Made by a program: the position numbers and the translations under genes. Positions 8,324 to 18,382 of a stretch of 64,000 nucleotides of DNA are shown here, piece after piece. This DNA is from Nannocystales bacterium. GTDB taxonomy: Bacteria; Myxococcota_A; Polyangia; Nannocystales; Nannocystaceae. The notes beneath the pieces were generated by a model. It made no database searches and was not told the origin of the DNA. It saw only the letters and a program-made list of their open reading frames with translations. The stretch covers positions 384,140-448,139 of the forward strand of contig JBOEGF010000004.1 of assembly GCA_050633305.1 (NCBI GenBank). Direction: 5' to 3'. Each line of letters opens with the position of its first letter. Position 1 is the stretch's first letter.

Positions 8324-10645
8324 ATGGGTGCTGGCCAGTCCGACCGACGCCACACGTCCCGGGGGGGCATCCCGTGGACGCGAGCGTTGTTTGCACTGGC
8401 GGTCATCGGCCCAGCCCTGGTTCTCGGCGGGGTGCATCCGCAGACGCTCGCCGCGTGGTCGGTCGTGGTGGGTGTCCTGCTGTGGCGGCTCGCCCGCAAG
8501 AGCCGAGCGGGCTTGGCTCGCCCCTGGCCGGCGCTCGTCCTCGTGTTCCTCGCGGGCTGGACATTGCTAGCCGCGCTGCCGATCCCCGGAGTGCGGCCGC
8601 TTCTCGCCCCCACCCTGCAGGCGTGGGTCGATGGCGCCGTACTCCCCGGAGCGACCGGGCCGCCTGGACTCTCGGTAACCCCGGGGGATACCGCCGTCGA
8701 GGCGCTCCGCCTGGGGGCGCTTGCGGCCATGGTCGTGGTCGGTAGCCAGCTCTCCTGGCGCTTGAGCGCGGCGGCCGTGAGCGCCGCAGGATTGGCGGTG
8801 TCCGGCCTTGGCTTCGTGCACGCGTTGCTCGGTGCGACGTCAGTCTACGGCCTCTACGTGCCAGTTCACGAGACGCTCCTGCCTCGCACCGCCCTGCTCG
8901 GCAGTTTCATCAACCCCAACCATCAGGCGGGACTGCTGCTGCTCAGTGTCTTCGCGGCCGCTGCTCTCGCGGTGGACCAACTCCACGGCGCCCGGACCGC
9001 ACGCGACGCAGCCCGTGTCACCCAGCGACGAGAACGGGGCGTCGCGATGATCGGAGCATTGCTGCTCCTGATCCCCGCACTTCTTCTCTCGCTCTCCCGT
9101 GGTGCGCTGCTGGTCTTCGCCGTGCTCGCTCCCATCGGACTGCTGGTCGGCTTGGTGCGTCCGCCGGCGAGTCATGGGACCAAGCCCCACGCGCAGCGAC
9201 GCGGACCGGTCATCGCTGGCGCCGCAGCGTTGGTATGTCTCGTGATTCTCGTGGGTCGACACGGCCCGTGGGCAGAACTGCTTGCACTGTTCGACGACCC
9301 CGGCCGAGCGTTCGAGCAAAAACTCGGTCCAGCTCGCGATGGATGGGGACTGATCACCAGGAGCCCTGTGTTGGGGACGGGCCGCGGGACCTTCATCGAC
9401 CTGCTCCCTCTGCACGCGCCTGGCGATGATCTGGTCTACACGCACCTCGAGTCCACGCCCGTCACGGCGCTCGTGGAGTGGGGCCCACTGATCGGCGGAG
9501 TCGCCGTGCTCGCGGCGGTGCTGTGGTGGGTGGCCGCGCTGCGCCACCGTGCGAAGGGCCGAGAACGCCGCGCTCGGGGACTGCTGCTGCTGGGCGTTGC
9601 GGCCGTGTTGCTGCAAAGCACGGTCGACTTCTCGCTCGAGTTCATCGGCGTTGCCGCACCGCTCGCAGCCTTGGTCGGCGCCCTGACCCCGCACGGCCGC
9701 CGCGTCCTGCCTCGGCGCGCGACGATGCGACTGGCGCCGGGGCTCGCGCTGGTCTCCGCCGTCGCGATCCTCGGACTCGCCCCGCACACCTGGACCTGCC
9801 GCACTACAACCAACGCGCAGGTCTCCGCAGGTGAGCGGGAGATCTCGGACGCTCTGCGCTGGCGCCCCCTGGATGGCGGACTCCATGCGGTTGCCGCCAG
9901 GCTCGCCCTGACCCGTGGAGACATCAGCGCAGCCGGGACCCACGCTGAGCTGGCAACACGAACCCAGTCAGGGTCGATCGACGCCTGGCTCATGCTCGCC
10001 GCGGTCCACCACCATCGCGGGAGTCCCCAAGCTCGGGACGAAGCGGTCGCGCAGGCCCTCGATCGGGTCCGAGACCCCGCCCCCGCAATCCTCGTGGAGT
10101 ACATCCGCGCGCGGTACCCCGACGCAACCCAGGCCGAGGCGGTGACGCCCAGCCGACCCCGCGCGTTTAGGGCCGTGGTGCGGGGCCTTCGGGAGGCCGG
10201 CGCCCTGGACCATGCGGACGCGATGGCACGTACCCGGGCCCGCACCCACCCCAACGATCCCGCGCCTCTGCTGGTACGAAGCCGCGTGGCCCTCGAACGC
10301 GATCAAGTCGCTTTGGCCCTACACTTCGCCCTGCTGGCCCGCGGCACCAGCCCGGACTCCGCCGACGCACACCTCGCCGTGGCCCGAGCGACCGCACGCC
10401 GACATGGGGTCGACGCGGCGTTGGACGTGTTGAGCGCTGCCTCCCAGCTCGCGCCGGGCCCCCGGGAGCAGCGACGCATCGACGAGCTGCGGGTCCGGCT
10501 GCTGATTCAGGATGGTGGGCCCTCCTCGCTCGAGTCCGCGCACGCGCTTGCACAAAACCTGCTCCTGCACAGCACCGACGCCGAGCAGCGGACCCGACAC
10601 CGGGCTCTGGTCGGAGACGTCGCCCGAGCCCGCAACGGCGAGTGA
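8324..10645 (+). CDS. O-antigen ligase (Wzy_C) family membrane protein with C-terminal TPR-like repeats
   Basis: Many TM helices; GSFINPNHQAG, LSLSRGA, PVLGTGRGTF, HLESTPVTALVEWG, LQSTVDFSLE; Ala-rich helical repeats at the C-terminus. Confidence 0.85.
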   Translation: MGAGQSDRRHTSRGGIPWTRALFALAVIGPALVLGGVHPQTLAAWSVVVGVLLWRLARKSRAGLARPWPALVLVFLAGWTLLAALPIPGVRPLLAPTLQAWVDGAVLPGATGPPGLSVTPGDTAVEALRLGALAAMVVVGSQLSWRLSAAAVSAAGLAVSGLGFVHALLGATSVYGLYVPVHETLLPRTALLGSFINPNHQAGLLLLSVFAAAALAVDQLHGARTARDAARVTQRRERGVAMIGALLLLIPALLLSLSRGALLVFAVLAPIGLLVGLVRPPASHGTKPHAQRRGPVIAGAAALVCLVILVGRHGPWAELLALFDDPGRAFEQKLGPARDGWGLITRSPVLGTGRGTFIDLLPLHAPGDDLVYTHLESTPVTALVEWGPLIGGVAVLAAVLWWVAALRHRAKGRERRARGLLLLGVAAVLLQSTVDFSLEFIGVAAPLAALVGALTPHGRRVLPRRATMRLAPGLALVSAVAILGLAPHTWTCRTTTNAQVSAGEREISDALRWRPLDGGLHAVAARLALTRGDISAAGTHAELATRTQSGSIDAWLMLAAVHHHRGSPQARDEAVAQALDRVRDPAPAILVEYIRARYPDATQAEAVTPSRPRAFRAVVRGLREAGALDHADAMARTRARTHPNDPAPLLVRSRVALERDQVALALHFALLARGTSPDSADAHLAVARATARRHGVDAALDVLSAASQLAPGPREQRRIDELRVRLLIQDGGPSSLESAHALAQNLLLHSTDAEQRTRHRALVGDVARARNGE

Positions 10646-10719
10646 AACCGCAGCGGGGGTCGCGAGCGTCGAGCCCACCCACCTTGGCGAGACGACCCCG
10701 ACATGCTTGCATGGATGCC

Positions 10720-11547
10720 ATGCGATGCTGCCTCTTGCTCGGTTCGGCACTTCTCGCCTGCTCGACCGGGCAAGCGCCGCCCTCGGCCATCACGCCCGCT
10801 GCGGCGTCTTCCGCTCCAGCCCCGTCCACACGGTCTCGACTCCCGGGCCCCTGCCAGGTTCGTCATGAGGGGTTCGCCGGGCTCACCGTGACCGACATCG
10901 ACTATGACGGCGAGCACGAGATTCGCGCCCTGGAGCGCGGCCCGTCGGGGGAGCGGCAGATGCTGTGGTCCTACGACGACACCGGGCGGCGAACGCAGCA
11001 GGTCACCATCGACGGGCCCTCGATCCGGACGCAGACGTTCGGGTACGACCATGGGGTGCTCGTGTGGGAGGAAGTCCACGATGCACAGCAAGACCGCGTC
11101 GTCGTGCGACGGACGCGGAGCTACGATTCCTCCGGGAAGCTGCGCGAGCGGGACGAATCCCAGTGGCATGCGGGCGCGCTCGTCGTGGTCGATCACCACG
11201 CGCTTCACTACGACGACTCAGAGGCATTCGTGTACGAACTGCGGACCCGAACCCCGCCGGACGGTCCGCGGGTCGTGCACAGCATCACCGTCGATGTCGA
11301 CGATCGTGGTCGGGTCACCGCGAGACGCGTCGACGAAGGGATGACGGGGCGGTTCGAGCGGGTTTCCCTATACAGCTATGGCGAGCAAGGCGGCTTGGCC
11401 ACGCTCACGGAGATGAGAGGGAATGCGCTGCACACGGTTGCGCGGCACTCCTACGATGACCACGCCCGGCTGGTTCAGACGGAGGTGGAGGACGCTTCGG
11501 GCAAGCGCGTGGGCGTCACGACGTACGCGTTCAGCTGTCCGCCGTGA
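10720..11547 (+). CDS. YD-repeat-like lipoprotein
   Basis: MRCCLLLGSALLAC lipobox; repeats YDDTGRRT, YDSSGKLR, VDDRGRVT, YDDHARLV. Confidence 0.7.
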   Translation: MRCCLLLGSALLACSTGQAPPSAITPAAASSAPAPSTRSRLPGPCQVRHEGFAGLTVTDIDYDGEHEIRALERGPSGERQMLWSYDDTGRRTQQVTIDGPSIRTQTFGYDHGVLVWEEVHDAQQDRVVVRRTRSYDSSGKLRERDESQWHAGALVVVDHHALHYDDSEAFVYELRTRTPPDGPRVVHSITVDVDDRGRVTARRVDEGMTGRFERVSLYSYGEQGGLATLTEMRGNALHTVARHSYDDHARLVQTEVEDASGKRVGVTTYAFSCPP

Positions 11548-11989
11548 GCGGGACTTCGCGAATGGCGACGCCTGCCTCGGCCAACATCCCCGTGCTCATT
11601 TCAAAATCCTGCATCCAGCGTTCCGGGATCTTCAGACCCCGTGGAAACACCACCTCGTCTACACCGGCCTGAATCAACGAGCGCGCGCAACGGGTACACG
11701 GCGGCCAGGTGACGTAGGCACGACAACCCTTGAGCGCCACTCCGATCCGGGCAGCGTGCATGATCGCGTTCTCCTCGGCGTGACAGATCAGCGGGTACTT
11801 CTGCTCCCGGTCGGTGAGACGATCGCTGGCATCGTCGATACCGCGGGGAAACCCGTTGAAGCCGGTGCTTCGGATCTCTCGGTCGGGGCCTACGACCACG
11901 CACCCCACCTGGGTCGAAGGGTCCTTGCTCCAACGTGAGATGTGCACCGCGAGTTCGAGAAAACGAACGTCCCACTTCGAGGGCTCCAT
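11531..11989 (-). CDS. dCMP deaminase (ComEB-like)
   Basis: WDVRFLELA, SKDPSTQVG, GFNGFPRG, HAEENAI, PCTRC zinc motifs. Confidence 0.92.
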   Translation of the reverse strand: MEPSKWDVRFLELAVHISRWSKDPSTQVGCVVVGPDREIRSTGFNGFPRGIDDASDRLTDREQKYPLICHAEENAIMHAARIGVALKGCRAYVTWPPCTRCARSLIQAGVDEVVFPRGLKIPERWMQDFEMSTGMLAEAGVAIREVPLTADS

Positions 11990-12043
11990 TGCGCGGAGCG
12001 TATCAGCCCGTGGCGAGCCCCGGCAGAGAGGATCGACCCTCGC

Positions 12044-14941
12044 TCACGAGTGCGCGGCGACCCAGGCGTCGAGCGCGGCCTGTTCCTCGGGCGCCCCCTC
12101 GAGCCCGGCGCGGGCGCCCTTGGCCAACTCGAGCGCCGCGGCCTTGGGGCCACCGGTTGCCACCTCAGCCCGCGCCAGTGCCCATCCGGCCATCGCCTCC
12201 ACGTCGCGATAGCCCTCGTGCTCGCGAATGTTCAACAGCGCGGGTCTGAGGAGCGCGGACGCCTGCGCATGCCGTCCCGCCTCGACCAGCGCGCGGCCGT
12301 AGTGGATCGCAGTGTCGGGGCGCAGCGGATCGTCGGCATCCAACGACGCACGGGCTGCTTCGTACCCCGCACGATAGGCCTCGACCGCTGAGGAGACGTC
12401 CTGCATCTGTCGGAGGGCATCCCCCCGATTGAGATGGTTGAGGATGAGCCAGGGATGCCCGGGGTCCAGAGCCTGTGCGTAGACCTTTCCCGCCGCCTGG
12501 TGCTCGACAAGCGCCTCCGAGCCTCGCCCCCGCCGGGTGAGCAAGCGGCCCAGCGTCTCGCGGCGGTCGGCGGTCTTCATGTGGTCGGGGCCGAAGATCG
12601 CCGTATCGATCTTGGCGGCCCGTCGCACCACGGTCTCGGCCTCCTCGTAGCGCCGCAGGTTCTTGAGCGTGATGCCCAGGTTGACCAGTGCCGCGCTGAC
12701 CGAAGGGTGCTCGCTCCCGAAGGCGGCTTCGAGTTCGACGAGGGCGTCTCGGTACGCGGCAACCGCCTCTTCGTTGCGCCCTGCCCGTCCGAGGCCCGAG
12801 GCCCAGGAGGTTCGAGCGATGGCGACGTTGGGATGTGAGGCACCCAGCGCTGCGGTCCAAAGCCCGATGGTCTCCTCGTAGTGCGCGATCGCAGCGTCGG
12901 TCTTGCCCTGTCGGCGCAAGACGTCACCGAGGCGTTGGTGGACGATGCCGAGGTCGAAGCCCTCGTCCGCGGGGGTCGCGATCAACGCCTCCTCCAGCTT
13001 CTGCTCCGCGACCGCGTACTCCCCTTTTCGCTCGTGCAGCCCGGCGAGATTGGTCATCAGCCGGTCTCGGGCTCCACCGGTTCTGTCCAGCGCCGCACCG
13101 GCGTGTTGCGCCCACAGCATGCCCTCGTCGTGTTTCTCGAGTCGCGCACCGACGACCCAGACCAGACGGGAGGCAGCATCGGCCACCAACGCGTGGGCTT
13201 CGGCGGCGGTTCCTTCGAAGTACGCCCGCTCCAACGCCTTCGCTGCGCCGTCCATGTCCCCGGAACGCTCCATCGTGCGCCCGAGGACCAGCGATGCTTC
13301 GGCGACGACGGGCGAGAACGCGGTGCTCTCGGCAGCCTCGAGCGCAGCCTGAGCTTTGGGCAACGCATCACTCACCCGTCCGCTCCTCGACAGCGCAACG
13401 GCCTCATCGATCAACACCCGCGCCTCGCCCACAGCGCGGGCAAGCTCGGGGTCGGACGGAACCCGGTCCCCCAAGGCGAGTCTCTTGGCCTCGAGGCACC
13501 GCGCCGGCTCGGACAAGGCCGCGGCGGCTCGCGATGCACGGTCGACCACCTCGATCCCGTGCGTCTCCCCTTGGGTCCACGCCTTCGACAACGCCGCCGC
13601 TTGCCGTCGCTGTCGTTGCAGGCAGTCCAGGGACTGCTGCTGCAGCGTCGGACTGGCGCTCGCCGTGCAAGCCTGCTCCCAGGCCTCGCCCCACGATGCT
13701 TCCAGCGCCTGCATCCGGGCATCCACCCGGGACCAAGCCTCGGTCGGCGCCCGGTGCCCCAACCCTTCGAATGCGGCCTTCACGGTGTCTTGGGCCGAGC
13801 CCGACCAACCGAAGCCCTCGGTCTCACACAGGACCCCCTCATCCGCGGATGACCCGACCCACAGCGGCACGCTCCCACCCACCCCGACGAGCGCGGCGGT
13901 TGCGACCATCATCCCCGTCCGCCGACGCCTGCGAACGCCGCGGTCGAGCGCGGTGAGCAGCGCGTCCATGGTGGAGACACGCTCCTCAGGATCCGCCGCG
14001 AGGCCGCGGTCGAGCAGCGCGTCGAGCCAACGCGGGACCGACACCCCCGCAGGCCGCGTCGGCGGGTGTTGAGACTTGAGCATCGAGAGCTCAAGCATCG
14101 TCTTCGCCGACCACGGCAGGACCCCGTACACCGATTGGAACAAGGCCGTGCAGAACGCGTACGCATCTGTCGCCTCCGTCGGTGCAACCCCATCGAACTG
14201 CTCCGGCGCCATGAAGGCGGGCGTCCCAATCCAGCCAGGACCGGCGCCACTCTCCAGGGTGCGGGACTGGGGCTGCTCTCCAGAGCCCGAGGACCCCCCG
14301 GTGGCCTCGAATCCCGGCGAGGTCTCGAGGTCGGAGGCATGCGCCTGCCCGCCCGCTCGAAGGCGTGCAATGCCGAAATCGCTGACCTTCGCGCGCCCCT
14401 TTGCATCGATCAGAACGTTGCCGGGTTTGAAATCGCCGTGGACCAGCCCGGCCCGATGCGCGCAGGCCAGGCCCTCCCCCGCCTGTCGCATCAGCGTGAG
14501 CGCCGTCCGCAGAGGCAGCGGTTGCGGAGCCTCGGCGCCTCGATGGCGTGCGATCCAATCCGCCAGATCGCCGCCCTCTACATGCTCCATCGCGAGGTAG
14601 GCGACGCCGTCGTGCTCCCCGACGTCGAACACAGTGACGACCTCCGGGTCGCTCAGCTTCGCCAGCATCCGTGCTTCCTGGACGAGCTTGGGCCACAGCG
14701 GGTTGACCGTGCTCATCGGGCCGGCGGCGCCCTTCTGCAGCAACTTGAGCGCGACCTTCCGGTCGAGCTTCGCGTCAAACGCGGAGTAGACCGCTCCCGC
14801 CCCTCCCTCGCCGATCTTCTCGACGACCAGGTACCGGCCGATCCGAGCCCCAGGCGCGAGGAAGGCGTGAGGCCTCGACGACGGTTCGACCGGCGTTTCC
14901 GCCTGGTCGAGCGGCACGGTCGGGGTCGGAGGACTCACCAC
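12044..14941 (-). CDS. Membrane Ser/Thr protein kinase with extracytoplasmic TPR repeats
   Basis: IGEGGAGAVY, VALK, HGDFKPGN, DFG, GTPAFMAPE; Arg run then TM; kinesin-light-chain-like TPRs (LGASHPNVA, FGSEHPSV, FGPDHMKT). Confidence 0.93.
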   Translation of the reverse strand: MVSPPTPTVPLDQAETPVEPSSRPHAFLAPGARIGRYLVVEKIGEGGAGAVYSAFDAKLDRKVALKLLQKGAAGPMSTVNPLWPKLVQEARMLAKLSDPEVVTVFDVGEHDGVAYLAMEHVEGGDLADWIARHRGAEAPQPLPLRTALTLMRQAGEGLACAHRAGLVHGDFKPGNVLIDAKGRAKVSDFGIARLRAGGQAHASDLETSPGFEATGGSSGSGEQPQSRTLESGAGPGWIGTPAFMAPEQFDGVAPTEATDAYAFCTALFQSVYGVLPWSAKTMLELSMLKSQHPPTRPAGVSVPRWLDALLDRGLAADPEERVSTMDALLTALDRGVRRRRRTGMMVATAALVGVGGSVPLWVGSSADEGVLCETEGFGWSGSAQDTVKAAFEGLGHRAPTEAWSRVDARMQALEASWGEAWEQACTASASPTLQQQSLDCLQRQRRQAAALSKAWTQGETHGIEVVDRASRAAAALSEPARCLEAKRLALGDRVPSDPELARAVGEARVLIDEAVALSRSGRVSDALPKAQAALEAAESTAFSPVVAEASLVLGRTMERSGDMDGAAKALERAYFEGTAAEAHALVADAASRLVWVVGARLEKHDEGMLWAQHAGAALDRTGGARDRLMTNLAGLHERKGEYAVAEQKLEEALIATPADEGFDLGIVHQRLGDVLRRQGKTDAAIAHYEETIGLWTAALGASHPNVAIARTSWASGLGRAGRNEEAVAAYRDALVELEAAFGSEHPSVSAALVNLGITLKNLRRYEEAETVVRRAAKIDTAIFGPDHMKTADRRETLGRLLTRRGRGSEALVEHQAAGKVYAQALDPGHPWLILNHLNRGDALRQMQDVSSAVEAYRAGYEAARASLDADDPLRPDTAIHYGRALVEAGRHAQASALLRPALLNIREHEGYRDVEAMAGWALARAEVATGGPKAAALELAKGARAGLEGAPEEQAALDAWVAAHS

Positions 14942-15052
14942 GCTTTGCAGTATCGCTCGGCACGGACGAGATGTCAGCGGGCAGATGCGTGCGGAGCATC
15001 CCTATTTCGCCGCACAGAGACCGGAGCACGTCCGCAGTCTCTGCGCCCTTCG

Positions 15053-17149
15053 TCATCCCCGGGTCTGCGCCTTGGACCCAGGACCCCCCCGCGAACGCCT
15101 GCGTCCGCGCCGGACCCCTGCGCACGCACCGAAGACCCACAGCAGGGACCAGGGCTGGAGGGGACCTGTCGTCCGACATCCCGCCCCCGCGCCGTTGGCC
15201 GAAGCCTCCTCGCCTCCGCTCGAGGTGTCCGTAGAAGCCATGGCTGAGGTCCCAGAGTCGCCGATCTCGGTGTCGGCCGCGCCCGAACTCGACGCCTCGT
15301 CGAGTTCGAACGACACCTCGAAATCACCGACCCGGGTCAGGTGCTGCCCCTGATTGAAGAACGCGAGGAACTGCGTGGATCCGGGGTCGACATCGAGCTC
15401 GAACTCTCCGTCGTTGATGCTGGCCACGTGCAGGTCGGGCGTCGCCTCCACCGCGGTTGCGCCCTCATCGTCCACCACGTAGCTGAACTCGACCGGGGTC
15501 TGAGCCTGCACGAGGACATGCAGGTCCCCCACGGGGGCCCAGCCGGGGTCGGGCACGACACTCAACGAGTAGCGCACCGTCATCGACACCGCGTCCGCCG
15601 GCACGTCGACACGAATCTGCATGGGCGGAGGCCGCATGGGCTCGAAACGCCCGCGGGCGCCAAAGCGAGGCCAAAGGCCCAAGGGCCCCCGAAGCTCCTG
15701 CCACGTCGAGATGCGTTCACAGTCGAGCAGCCCATGGGCCAGCAAGCCCGTCTCGAGCGCGGCTCGGGCCTCTGCCCCCAGGGCCGCCTCGGTCATCATG
15801 AGCATCGCATCAGCGGCCTCTTCGAAGGTCGCGTCCTCCTCCAACATCGCGACCGCGTCCATGACCGGCCCGACCAGCGCATCGCCGACCACCGCATGAG
15901 CTTCCCACAGCGCGGCGGTCAGGGGTTCGGAGTCCGCGTGAATCTGGCCGACGAGATCGGAAGGACAACGCAACGCGTTGTCGGCGTTGCGGGCGGCGCC
16001 ACCGTCGTAGGCCCGGACGTACTCGGCGTGGCCCGGATCTCCGGTCAGAACCGCGGCCACAAAGTCGGCCAGCGCCTCCCCGATCGCCCCTGCGTCCTCC
16101 ACAACTCCCTCGGCGCGGCGCCGCGCCAACCCGAGGACCCGCCCCTCGCCCAATCGCGCCGCGATGGTGCCGTGGGCCAGCTCGTGCGCGACGACATCGG
16201 CGTCATACCCCCAGTCCGCGGCCGGACCCTGCCCAAAGAACGCGAGAAAACTGCAGTCACCCGTGTACCCGGCATTGGCGACCCGGATCGAGGGGCCACC
16301 AGTAAACCCGCGGTAGTTCGCCACGAGCACTCCAGGCGCCCCGGCGTCGATGCACGGAGGCATCGGCAGACCGTGTTCTTCTGCAAACGCCGAATAGCGC
16401 TGGGCGTGCACGGCGATGGAGGCCGCGGAGAAGCGGTCATCCACCCGAGCATGGTCGGCATCGGACCGGGGCGCCGCGAAAACGAAGTCGTCCGCTTCCG
16501 TCGGCGTGACCGGGTCCAGAACGCACGCGCCGGCCGCCCCAGGATCTGCGCACTGGCGGACGTCGAACACGCCATCGGCGAGACCCCCGGCGGGGTCGTC
16601 GATACCCACCAGCTCAAAGACGGTCGCTGTGTCGTCCAGCACCGGGTTGCGGGCAAACGCTGCCGCCGAGACCCCGCGAACCTGGTCGGGGCCGACCAAG
16701 AGCACGCCGCTGACGTCGTCGACCCACACCAACGGGCGGCGACCGGTCGCGGGGTCGAAGCCCACATCGACGCGCCAGCGTACCGATCCATCGCTGGGCC
16801 GATGCTCCGCGTGGGCCGCGATGGCTCGGTACCCCTCGGCCTCGACCATCGCTTCGACCGCGGAGGCCGTGCGTGTAGCCGGGCTCCATCCCGTCGCGAG
16901 GATGGGAGCCCCCGATCGAACTCCGCGGACGCTGCCCTCGTGCACAAACCACCGAGAGCGATCGGCGATCGGTAACCCGGTGGGTGCGATCGCCCGCGCC
17001 TCGACCAGGGACATCGTCGCGCGCTGAGCGATGGTGCGCTCTTGAAGGGCCACCTCGGGCGGCAGCGCTGCGGAGGCATCTTGGCGCATCGACTCCACCG
17101 AGGGCCCGGTCGCCAGAGTCCACACCGCCGCAAGCCAAACGCCGAGCAT
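15053..17149 (-). CDS. Secreted thermolysin-like (M4/M36) zinc metallopeptidase with MYXO-CTERM-like tail
   Basis: Signal peptide; DVVAHELAHG, GAIGEALADF, GQIHADS; C-terminus GAGCRTTG-PLQPWSLLWVFGACAGV-RRGRRR. Confidence 0.8.
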   Translation of the reverse strand: MLGVWLAAVWTLATGPSVESMRQDASAALPPEVALQERTIAQRATMSLVEARAIAPTGLPIADRSRWFVHEGSVRGVRSGAPILATGWSPATRTASAVEAMVEAEGYRAIAAHAEHRPSDGSVRWRVDVGFDPATGRRPLVWVDDVSGVLLVGPDQVRGVSAAAFARNPVLDDTATVFELVGIDDPAGGLADGVFDVRQCADPGAAGACVLDPVTPTEADDFVFAAPRSDADHARVDDRFSAASIAVHAQRYSAFAEEHGLPMPPCIDAGAPGVLVANYRGFTGGPSIRVANAGYTGDCSFLAFFGQGPAADWGYDADVVAHELAHGTIAARLGEGRVLGLARRRAEGVVEDAGAIGEALADFVAAVLTGDPGHAEYVRAYDGGAARNADNALRCPSDLVGQIHADSEPLTAALWEAHAVVGDALVGPVMDAVAMLEEDATFEEAADAMLMMTEAALGAEARAALETGLLAHGLLDCERISTWQELRGPLGLWPRFGARGRFEPMRPPPMQIRVDVPADAVSMTVRYSLSVVPDPGWAPVGDLHVLVQAQTPVEFSYVVDDEGATAVEATPDLHVASINDGEFELDVDPGSTQFLAFFNQGQHLTRVGDFEVSFELDEASSSGAADTEIGDSGTSAMASTDTSSGGEEASANGAGAGCRTTGPLQPWSLLWVFGACAGVRRGRRRSRGGPGSKAQTRG

Positions 17150-17215
17150 GACGCAGTGTCTCTCGCGGGCTGGGCTCCGTCGAGGCTAACGTGGTACTGG
17201 GTCGTCTCGGACACG

Positions 17216-18382
17216 ATGGCGAGCGCATCGCACAACCGTTTGCGACGGTGGGATCACGGACACTGGGCCGACTGGGTGGTCCCCGCGGTGGTGGCATCGC
17301 TGTGGGCCTTGCTGCTCGCCGCGGCCAGCGATTCGGGCATCGCCACGCGGCGCGGACTGGTGTTCGTCGGCGGGCCGGTTCTGCTGCTCTCGGGCCTTCA
17401 CGCTCGCATCACCGGGTACCTGCACGCGCCATCGAGAGCCCAGCTGCTGGTCCTTCCCATCCCCGCGGCCGCGCATTTTCGGGCCGCCCGGGCCCGGCAC
17501 CTCCGCGGCTTGGCCGAGACCCTGGGGCTTGGCTCCGTCGCGGTCCTCGCGGGGCTGGTGCCCGGGTCGGGCTGGTCGGCCTCCGCGCCCCTCGTGCTGG
17601 ATTGGGCGGCGCTTGCCGTGATCGCCGCACTGTTCGAGCCGATGATCCCCGCCGCCAGCGCCGCGTTGGGGCGCCGCTTCGAGTCGGGGTCGTGGACCGA
17701 CGAGATGCAGCGCCGGGCGGGCGGAGGCTGGACCCTGCCTGAAACCTCGGTGCACCTGTACGCGCCGGCTGCGGGCATCGGGCTGGCCGCAGCCGCGGCG
17801 ATGCCCCTGCAGTTGGCGTTTGATCTCTCCGCCGACGGGCGCGAGGTTCCGGCCGCGCTGTGGGGGTTTGGGTTCGCGGCGATCGTCGTCGCGGGGCTCG
17901 CATCGGCCGTCGCGGCGAGGATCTACGCGCTTGGGATGTTCGAGGCGGTCCCGTTCGTAGCCGAGGCCACGCGCACCCTCGCCGGACCGCCGATCCCCGA
18001 ACCCACGCCCCCGAGCATCGCGCGACTGAAGGACCCCGTCCTGCGCCTCCTCGTCCTCGGATTCTGGCGTGAGACCCCCGTCCCCGCGCTGCGGCTGCTG
18101 GGAGTCGTCGGCGCCACCGGACTCGTCGCAGCGTCGCCTCAGCTGGGGCCTGCCCATGTCGCGGTGTGGGTCGCGGCCGCGTTGCTGTGGCTCGTGCCCG
18201 CCACCGCGCTCGCCCGGATTCGTCCGCTGCGCGCTCGCATGCTCTCCACGCTTCCCCTACCCCCTGCGCAACGCGACGGCACGCATCCGCGGGCCCTCGC
18301 ATTGCTGTGGTCCCCTGTCTTGTTGGGCACGGTGGTCGTCCTGCTCCGCGTTGTTCTGTCCTTAGGAAATCTCTCCGCATGA
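17216..18382 (+). CDS. Polytopic membrane protein, putative ABC permease
   Basis: Multiple hydrophobic helices; its stop overlaps the ATPase start (ATGA). Confidence 0.7.
   Translation: MASASHNRLRRWDHGHWADWVVPAVVASLWALLLAAASDSGIATRRGLVFVGGPVLLLSGLHARITGYLHAPSRAQLLVLPIPAAAHFRAARARHLRGLAETLGLGSVAVLAGLVPGSGWSASAPLVLDWAALAVIAALFEPMIPAASAALGRRFESGSWTDEMQRRAGGGWTLPETSVHLYAPAAGIGLAAAAAMPLQLAFDLSADGREVPAALWGFGFAAIVVAGLASAVAARIYALGMFEAVPFVAEATRTLAGPPIPEPTPPSIARLKDPVLRLLVLGFWRETPVPALRLLGVVGATGLVAASPQLGPAHVAVWVAAALLWLVPATALARIRPLRARMLSTLPLPPAQRDGTHPRALALLWSPVLLGTVVVLLRVVLSLGNLSA

Noticed and set aside
11531..11989. Deaminase as anti-phage dCTP deaminase or toxin partner of the YD protein
   Set aside because: Short stand-alone ComEB-like enzyme lacking the kinase-like domain of defence deaminases; convergent with, not coupled to, the YD gene.
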